Source: Thermoplasmata archaeon (GTDB lineage: Archaea; Thermoplasmatota; Thermoplasmata; Lutacidiplasmatales; UBA184). From it: a stretch of DNA of 64,000 nt. Shown one piece after another: positions 57,432 to 64,000 of this stretch (its first letter is position 1; every line of letters starts with the position of its first letter). The stretch covers positions 1 through 64,000 of the forward strand of contig JAGWLG010000015.1 of the NCBI GenBank assembly GCA_028864975.1, in the 5' to 3' direction. A model generated the notes under the pieces. It did no database searches and was not told the DNA's origin. It saw only the letters and a list, made by a program, of their open reading frames with translations. The position numbers were made by a program, and so were the translations under genes.

Positions 57432-57539
57432 GGCTACAGGCATCTCAGGCGGGGCCCCACCTTAAGCCCTCCCGGGCACGGTAGCAGCCTCCGTCCACTA
57501 CCATGCCCGGGCTGCCACCCCCGCGGTCGCATTCCCGCC

Positions 57540-58277
57540 CTACGAAGGGGAAGGAGGGGCCTCGTCGGCCCCAGCATTGTCCAGCTGTTCGGAGAACTCC
57601 ACCCCGCTCGACGGCCCCAGGAGGTGCCCCGCCTTCGTCCGCTTCGTCTCGAGATACCGACGGTTGTGCGGGTTGGGGGGGATGACGATCGGGATACGTC
57701 CTTCGACCTCGATCCCGTGGAACTTGAGGTCCGCGATCTTGTCAGGGTTGTTCGACATGAGCTGGATCGACCGGACGTTGAGCGAGTTCAGCATGTGGGC
57801 GGCCACCTCGTAGTCGCGTTCGTCGGGGCGGAAACCGAGCGCGCGGTTCGCTTCGATCGTGTCCAGCCCTTGCTCCTGGAGTTGGTAGGCCTTGATCTTG
57901 TTCTCGAAGCCGATGCCCCTTCCCTCCTGCCGGAGGTAGAGGACGATCCCCAGGTCCCGCTTGCCGATCTCCTTGAGGGCCTGCTCGAGCTGGTCGCGGC
58001 AATCGCAGCGCAGGGACCCCAGGGCATCTCCCGTCAGGCATTCGGAGTGCAGCCGCACGGGAACGTGCTGCTGTCCCAGTGGGTCACCGCGGACGAGCGC
58101 CGCGTGCTCCTTCCCGTCGAAGGGGCTGTGGAAGGCCACGACCTGGAAGTCTCCGAAGCGCGTAGGAAGGTCGGCGATCGCGGTGATCCGGACGCAGACA
58201 TGCTTCCCGCCTTCAGAGCAATCGTGGTCCTTGTTCTCCTCCAGGACACGCTCGACGGTCGCGTGAGGAATGGCCAT
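57540..58277 (-). CDS. ribA: GTP cyclohydrolase II
   Basis: RLHSECLTGD..GS.RCDCR.QL, YLRQEGRGIG..NKIKAY, DT.EAN, DERDY, NNPDK; ATG 58277 (ORF open to 58298). Confidence 0.96.
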   Translation of the reverse strand: MAIPHATVERVLEENKDHDCSEGGKHVCVRITAIADLPTRFGDFQVVAFHSPFDGKEHAALVRGDPLGQQHVPVRLHSECLTGDALGSLRCDCRDQLEQALKEIGKRDLGIVLYLRQEGRGIGFENKIKAYQLQEQGLDTIEANRALGFRPDERDYEVAAHMLNSLNVRSIQLMSNNPDKIADLKFHGIEVEGRIPIVIPPNPHNRRYLETKRTKAGHLLGPSSGVEFSEQLDNAGADEAPPSPS

Positions 58278-58432
58278 GTGGAGCGCCCTCGGGACCACCG
58301 AGACCAGACCACGAACGGCTCAAAAGGACGAGGTTCGCGCCCGTTCGCTCAGGACGGAGGTCCCATAAGCTCCGCCTTGCATGGGCGGGGTCCCCCCGAA
58401 GGCAGAGTAGGAGCGATGAGCCCAGACCTGCC

Positions 58433-59725
58433 ATGATGGACCGCAGCCACCTCTCCTTCGGCTTCCTCCCGGGGGCCCAAGCTCCTAGCTATCGACGGGT
58501 TCTGCGCACACCCTCTCTTGGGTTGCTCTGGGCGAGCCAGCTCGTGAGCCAGTCCGGGGACTACGTCTTCGATGTGGCCCTGATCTGGTATGTCGCCCAG
58601 CGGTCGGCCCTCTCGCCGCTCGACATCGCCTCGGTCAGCATCGCCGCCTTCGTTCCTTGGATCGTGCTCTCTCCCCTGATCGGAACCCTGATCGACGAGT
58701 CGAACCGAAGGACCGCCCTCCTGGTGAGCAATCTGGTCCAGGCCGCGGTGGTCGGCCTGCTGGCCTACCTGGTCCTTGTGCGGGCTTTCGCGCTCGGGCC
58801 CATCCTCGTCCTGGTCATGGTCCTGAACTCGGGGGGGGTCGCCGTAGGGGTCTCTGCGCGCTCGATGCTCGCCCACATCGTGGCCAAGGAGGACCTCTCC
58901 GCCGCGAACGGGATCTTCTTCTTCTCGAACAGCGCGAACCAGCTCCTGGGCTTCAGCCTGGGGGGGGTCGTGGTGGCGCTCGCGGGAAGCGCCCTCCCGA
59001 TCGAGTACGACGCGTTGACCTTCGTGGTCGCGGCCGCCCTGGTGATCAGCATCGCCCCGAAGGCCGGGGAGGTCCCGCCCCTCCCCGGAGGGCGGGAACC
59101 GGGTCCCTGGTGGAAGAGGTTCTGGCCCGACCTGAAAGCGGGGGCCAGCTACGTTCATGGCCACCAGACCCTCCGACGCATGCTCCTGATGGTGACCTTC
59201 TCGACCTTCGTCCTCAACGGCTACACGGTCCTCTCGGTCCTCTACGTTTACGACGTGGTCGGGTCGCACAGCGCGCTGTCCTACGGGGCGTTCCTGGCGT
59301 CCATGGCGGCGGGGGGCACCCTCGGCTCGATCCTTATCGGACGGATCGATGCTCGGGCCCATGTGGGAACGGCGCTCTTTCTCGGGACCGGAGGTCTCGG
59401 GGCCATCACCGCCCTCCTGGGCGTGGCCCACTTCCTCGCTCTGGGACTCCTCCTCGCCTTCCTCCTGAACGCTTCCGGGGCACTCGTTACGGTCTCAAGC
59501 TCCTCTTGGATCCAAGCCCAGGTCCCCGAGGCGCTGCAAGCCCGCGTCTGGGGCTACACCGGGCTCACGCGCGCGGGGGCCCCGGCAGGGGCGGCGCTCG
59601 TCGGTGGACTTGCGAGTGGGGGGTACACCGTCCCAGCAATCATGCTCGGGGTGGGGCTCGGCGTACTCGCTCTGGTCGGGGTCCTCCATGTGGCGTTCCG
59701 CGACCTTCGGAGCGTCAGCTACTGA
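58433..59725 (+). CDS. MFS transporter (MFS_3 / drug-H+ antiporter-like)
   Basis: About 12 hydrophobic segments; LVSQSGD, GTLIDESNRR (motif A), QARVWG. Confidence 0.88.
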   Translation: MMDRSHLSFGFLPGAQAPSYRRVLRTPSLGLLWASQLVSQSGDYVFDVALIWYVAQRSALSPLDIASVSIAAFVPWIVLSPLIGTLIDESNRRTALLVSNLVQAAVVGLLAYLVLVRAFALGPILVLVMVLNSGGVAVGVSARSMLAHIVAKEDLSAANGIFFFSNSANQLLGFSLGGVVVALAGSALPIEYDALTFVVAAALVISIAPKAGEVPPLPGGREPGPWWKRFWPDLKAGASYVHGHQTLRRMLLMVTFSTFVLNGYTVLSVLYVYDVVGSHSALSYGAFLASMAAGGTLGSILIGRIDARAHVGTALFLGTGGLGAITALLGVAHFLALGLLLAFLLNASGALVTVSSSSWIQAQVPEALQARVWGYTGLTRAGAPAGAALVGGLASGGYTVPAIMLGVGLGVLALVGVLHVAFRDLRSVSY

Positions 59726-59796
59726 GCGGGCCCACGCTCGACAGGGTCGCCGGTCGCGCGGCGAACGACCTGTGCGAGACTCTGGAAGTGCGCGGT

Positions 59797-62700
59797 TCAG
59801 CTCTCGTGGTAGTCGTCCGGCTCCGTCCCCTCGTCGGGGGGAACTGGGGTGGACGCTGGGACGGGGGGGAGCGGAGTCTCCGGGCCACCTGGCGTTGGCG
59901 ACGGTGCAGAGGCCGAGGGTGGTGTCGGCTCGGAGACATCGTCCGAGCTCTTCGAGGGACCCCCAGTGCCACCGGCCGAGGGCTTGCCGCCCCCGCGACG
60001 GTTCCTCAGGAGCAAGACGAGCAGGAGCAACCCGAGGATGGCCACCACGGCGATCAGAGCCAGCTCACCGGAGATGCCGCTCGCTCCGAACAAGGAGGTC
60101 GTGAGAGTCGGTTTCGCCCCGACGTTGACCGTCGAGGTCGCGGAACTCGTCACCCCGAGCGAATCCGACACGACCACTTTCACCGAGCTGTTCCCAACGA
60201 CGGTCGGGCGGCAGACAATGGTCGCCGAGTTGGAGCTCGCGCATCCCGCAGGGAGACCCGTCCAGCTGTAGCTGAGGCTCCCCGTTCCACCCGCGGCGGA
60301 GGCCGAGAACGTCACGAGGCCTCCCAGCGTCAAGCTCGAGGGGCTTGCGACGAGCGACACCGTCGGGTCCGCGCTCACGGTCACCACAACGACCGAGGTG
60401 CCCGTGCGACCTTGGGTGTCCGTCGCGGTCAACGTCGCGGTGAAGGTGCCCGGCGCCGAGTAGGTGTGGTTCGCGTAGCGCCCGGTCGCGCTCGACCCGT
60501 CACCGAAGGTCCAGGAGAACGTGCTGGCACCGGTGCCCTGGGCAGCGAAGCCGCCGAAGGCGACGGCGCTGCCCACATCGGTCGTGGCAGGAGCCGCGCT
60601 GCCGGTGACGGCGAGAGCCTGCGCGACCTGGACCGTCACCGAGCTCGAGGAGGTGCCTCCCACCGAGTCGTTGACGATCAACGCGACTCGGAAGCTCCCC
60701 GCGAGAGAGAACGTGTGCCTGGGCGTGGGGGAGGTCGAGAAGCCCCCGTCACCGAAGTTCCACAGGTAGGTGTAGGGGCCCGTGCCGCCCGTCTGGGAGC
60801 CGGTGAAGGAGACCGGGACCCCCGTGTCCGTCGCGGTGGGGGTCGCACTGGCCGATGCCCCCAGAGCCGCGTTCACGGTCACCGTCAAGATGGCCGTCCC
60901 GACCCCGCCGTGTGTGTCGTTCGCCCAGACCGTCACGGTGTAGCTTCCCGCCGACGCGAAAGCGTGGGAGATGGAGGCTGTAGCAGCTCCGGTGGAGCCG
61001 TCCCCGAACCACCAAGCGTAGGAGAGCGTCCCGGTGCCGCCGGTGGCGGTCGAAGCAAAGGCGACAGGGATGGCCACGTCCGTCGTCAGGGGGGTCCCTG
61101 AGGCCGTCACGCTCGGGGCCGCCTGTACGGTGACCACGACCGTAGAGGTCGAGCTCTGAGCGCGGGCGTCCGTGACCGTGAGGGTGGCGGTGTAGGTCCC
61201 CGGCGCCGTGTAGGTGTGGTTGCCGTAGCGGGCCGCCGAGGTGCCGGTGTCGCCGAAGCTCCAGGCATAGGTGTCGGCACCCGTCCCTCCCGAGGCGAAT
61301 CCACCGAAGGAGACGGGGACGCCAACATCCGTCGCACCGGTGCTCGAGCTTGCGACCACCGAAACGGCGACGTTCACGGTCATCGGGACCGACGCACTCG
61401 AGGTTCCTCCGACCGCGTCCGTGACCGTCAGGGTGGGAGTGTACGTTCCCGCGGTAGCATAGACATGGTTGGGGGAGGCGACCGTCGAGTACCCGCCGTC
61501 CCCGAAGTTCCAGAGGTAGGTGTACGCACCCGTGCCGGCCGCGCCCGAGCCCACGAACGCGACGGTCAAGCCCGCGTCCGTCGTTGCGGGGGTGGCACTG
61601 GCGGAGGCCGCGAGGACCGCGTTCACGAGGACCGAGGCCGTGGCCATGGCGGTCCCGCCCACGGTGTCGTTCACCCAGAGGACCGCGGTGTAGGTCCCCG
61701 CCGCAGCGTAGATGTGCGAGGGTTGGGCCAGCGAGCTGGTCAGGCCGTCGCCGAAGCGCCAGGCGTAGGTGAGGCTACCTGTTCCGCCGCTCGCCGTGGA
61801 CGCGAAAGCGACGCCGATACCGGCATCGGTGGCCCCGGGGGTCACGCTTGTGGTGGCGGCGAGGGCTGCGTTCACGGTGACCGGGAGGGTCGCAGCCGTC
61901 GCGACCACGCCCTGGGCGTCGGTGACGGCCAGGGTCGCGGTGTAGGTACCCGACACGTTGTAGGTGTGTGTCGGAGCGGTCGCGTGCGAGACCGGGGTCG
62001 AATCCCCGTAGTTCCAGATGTAGGTGAAAGGACCGACACCACCCGTCAGGGAGGACACGAAGGCCACCGGGACGCCGACATCGGTGGGAGAGGGGGCGGC
62101 GGAGTCCGAAACCGCCGGGTCGGCGACGACCGTGATCGAGACGGTGCTCGTCGAGGTTTGACCCACGGCGTCCGTCACCGTCAGGACCACGCTGTAGCTC
62201 CCGGGCGCGACGAACGCATGGCTTGGGTTCTGGGCCGAGGAGGAGCTACCGTCCGCGAAGTTCCACGCGTACCCGTAGGCCGTCGTCCCGAGGGTCGCGG
62301 AACCGAGGAAGGCGACTGGTACGCCCGCGTCCACCGTCGTCGGCGTCCCGCTCGCGCTCGCGATGGGGTCGGCGTTCACGGTCAGGGAGAGCGTGTGAGT
62401 CGCGGTGGTTCCCAAACTGTCGGTCACGGTGAGGACGACCGTATAGGCGGTGGCCGTAGTGTAAGTGTGCGTCGGGTTCGAGGCCGTGCTCGTGGTCGAG
62501 TCGCCGAAGTCCCAGGCGTAAGTGTAGGGGGCCGTTCCGAAGGTTACGCCGGAGGTGAAAGCGACCGGGGTCCCCACGTCGGTCGGGTTAGGCGCGGCCG
62601 TGAAGGTGACGCCGGGCACCTCGTTCACCGCGACCGCGACGGGCTGGGAAGAGACCGCACCGACCGCGTCCGTCACCGTGAAGATGGCCGAGAAGGTCCC

Positions 62701-64000
62701 GGAGACGTTGTAGACGTGCGTCGGAGTCAGGTATCCCGAGGAGGGGCTCCCGTCGCCATAGTTCCAGCTGTAGGCCAGGGGGGCGGTGCCGCCGCTCACG
62801 GAGCCCGTGAAGGCTACGGTAGTACCCACGTCTGCAGGGTTAGGCGCGGCTAGACCCGCGGCGGTCGGGAGGGCGTTCACCGTGATCCCGACCGTAGAGA
62901 TACTGGTGAGCCCGATCGCGTCCGTGACAGTGAGGCTCGCCGTGTAGGTCCCCGCAAGAGCGTAGGCGTGACTGGGACGCTGAGCCGTGCTCGTCCCCCC
63001 GTCGCCGAAAGTCCAGGCGTAGGTGTATCCCGGCTGCCCGCCCGTCGCGCTGCCCGCGAAGCTCACGGGGAGGCCCACATCCGTGGAGGTGGGGGCGGCC
63101 CCCGCGGTCGCCACGAGACCTGTCACGACGTTGATGCTGAACGACTGCCAGGCTACGGTCCCGATGTTGTCGAGGACCGTCTCGGTCGCCGTGAAGGTCC
63201 CCGTCGCGCTGTACGTGTGGTTCACGTAGCGCCCGGTCGTCGAGGTGGAGTCCCCGAAGGTCCAGCTGTAGCTGTATCCGGGTGATCCCCCGACCGCCCA
63301 GGTCGAGAAATCGACCACGAGCGGCACGGCCCCCGCACTCGGGGTGGCCGAACCACGGAGCGTTAGCGGCGTTGGACCCACCTTGACCTGGTTCATGGTC
63401 GAGCCCACCACGCCCCTACTATCCGTCACGGTCAGGGTCGCGCTGAAGGGTCCGGAGCTGTTGTAGACATGGACCGGGTTCCTTGCCGCGCTCGTGGCCC
63501 CGTCGCCGAAATCCCAGGACCACGTGTAAGGCGCGAGCCCTCCACTGACCGAGCCGTTGAAGGCCACGTTGAGGGGGGCCATGCCCGTGGCCGGGGTGAA
63601 CGTGAAGCTCGGCGCAACCTGGCTCCAAGAGACCTGGAGCGAGATCTGGGCATTGGCCACGCTACCGTTCGCATCCATGACCATCAGCATCGCCCCGAAA
63701 CCACCGCTCCCGTTGTAGACGTGGGTCGGGTCCGCATACAACGAGCCGAGGGATCCGTCGCCGAAGTTCCAACGGTACGTGTACGGCCCGGTACCTCCCC
63801 ACGCCCCTCCCGTGAACACCACGGTGGTGGGAGCGAACCCAGCGGTGGGCGTGGCCTGTGCCCAGGCGGAGAGCGGGACGGAGCCAGAGCCGACAATCAC
63901 GACGACGTTCGCACCCGTGGACGTCCCCGAAGAGTCCGTAACGGAGAGCTGGACCGTGAAGGTCCCGCTGGCGTTGTAGGTATGAACGGGAGTGGGCGAG
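59797..64000 (-). CDS. Giant PKD-repeat cell-surface protein D (5' end beyond window)
   Basis: 14 W.[FY][GA]D motifs plus a partial repeat at 63901-64000 (frame open to the edge), one GLPAGC module, TM ELALIAVVAILGLLLLVLLL-RNRR, Pro/acidic tail. Confidence 0.9.
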   Translation of the reverse strand, partial: SPTPVHTYNASGTFTVQLSVTDSSGTSTGANVVVIVGSGSVPLSAWAQATPTAGFAPTTVVFTGGAWGGTGPYTYRWNFGDGSLGSLYADPTHVYNGSGGFGAMLMVMDANGSVANAQISLQVSWSQVAPSFTFTPATGMAPLNVAFNGSVSGGLAPYTWSWDFGDGATSAARNPVHVYNSSGPFSATLTVTDSRGVVGSTMNQVKVGPTPLTLRGSATPSAGAVPLVVDFSTWAVGGSPGYSYSWTFGDSTSTTGRYVNHTYSATGTFTATETVLDNIGTVAWQSFSINVVTGLVATAGAAPTSTDVGLPVSFAGSATGGQPGYTYAWTFGDGGTSTAQRPSHAYALAGTYTASLTVTDAIGLTSISTVGITVNALPTAAGLAAPNPADVGTTVAFTGSVSGGTAPLAYSWNYGDGSPSSGYLTPTHVYNVSGTFSAIFTVTDAVGAVSSQPVAVAVNEVPGVTFTAAPNPTDVGTPVAFTSGVTFGTAPYTYAWDFGDSTTSTASNPTHTYTTATAYTVVLTVTDSLGTTATHTLSLTVNADPIASASGTPTTVDAGVPVAFLGSATLGTTAYGYAWNFADGSSSSAQNPSHAFVAPGSYSVVLTVTDAVGQTSTSTVSITVVADPAVSDSAAPSPTDVGVPVAFVSSLTGGVGPFTYIWNYGDSTPVSHATAPTHTYNVSGTYTATLAVTDAQGVVATAATLPVTVNAALAATTSVTPGATDAGIGVAFASTASGGTGSLTYAWRFGDGLTSSLAQPSHIYAAAGTYTAVLWVNDTVGGTAMATASVLVNAVLAASASATPATTDAGLTVAFVGSGAAGTGAYTYLWNFGDGGYSTVASPNHVYATAGTYTPTLTVTDAVGGTSSASVPMTVNVAVSVVASSSTGATDVGVPVSFGGFASGGTGADTYAWSFGDTGTSAARYGNHTYTAPGTYTATLTVTDARAQSSTSTVVVTVQAAPSVTASGTPLTTDVAIPVAFASTATGGTGTLSYAWWFGDGSTGAATASISHAFASAGSYTVTVWANDTHGGVGTAILTVTVNAALGASASATPTATDTGVPVSFTGSQTGGTGPYTYLWNFGDGGFSTSPTPRHTFSLAGSFRVALIVNDSVGGTSSSSVTVQVAQALAVTGSAAPATTDVGSAVAFGGFAAQGTGASTFSWTFGDGSSATGRYANHTYSAPGTFTATLTATDTQGRTGTSVVVVTVSADPTVSLVASPSSLTLGGLVTFSASAAGGTGSLSYSWTGLPAGCASSNSATIVCRPTVVGNSSVKVVVSDSLGVTSSATSTVNVGAKPTLTTSLFGASGISGELALIAVVAILGLLLLVLLLRNRRGGGKPSAGGTGGPSKSSDDVSEPTPPSASAPSPTPGGPETPLPPVPASTPVPPDEGTEPDDYHES

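Noticed and set aside
21602-58277. F420 biosynthesis theme (F420-reductase-like gene, CofC-fold DUF2064, ribA)
   Set aside because: The genes are scattered, family membership does not imply F420, and no cofG/cofH/cofD/cofE is in the window.
14258-63285. Many long antisense/alternate-frame ORFs (e.g. 15794-17875, 24503-26332, 40873-42699, 58657-61101, 61216-62853)
   Set aside because: Arg/Gly/Pro-rich shadow frames of real genes, expected in high-GC DNA; no family motifs.

Overview
High-GC archaeal DNA. CarS, a two-unit tRNA splicing endonuclease, GHMP-type shikimate kinase, ADH synthase/DHQ synthase II and DUF835 domains point to Archaea, most likely Thermoplasmatota; that lineage is inferred, not proven. 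Left to right: the left part of an IS1182-family element carrying a DUF2080 gene; assorted small enzymes; three tandem giant Kelch/PKD surface proteins; USP, ROK and macro-domain genes; a STAND NTPase with an inserted DUF835 domain; an acyl-CoA/CoA-transferase pair opposite a heme-oxygenase-like diiron protein. Next is a tightly coupled 15-gene, ~15.8 kb aromatic operon (aroA'-aroB'-aroDE-aroK-aroA-aroC-asd-ask-trpE-G-D-C-F-B-A). It is followed by carS-pyrE-endA, a second STAND-DUF835 paralogue, a VOC pseudogene, msrB, ribA, an MFS transporter and a fourth giant PKD protein running off the window. Best find, missed by the ORF track: a 22-codon ORF with its own SD, MTIPSGTAKAARAGGRYFWSWW (32984-33052), directly upstream of the aromatic operon. 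It is followed by mutually exclusive helices involving the Trp codons and the first gene's SD, i.e. a candidate ribosome-mediated attenuator in an archaeon. The operon's TrpE also appears to have lost both Trp-feedback motifs. Second hidden ORF: a 51-aa, 13-Cys metallothionein-like peptide (57276-57431, minus). No CRISPR array, rRNA or tRNA was recognised. All family calls come from motif recognition by eye; no database searches were run.
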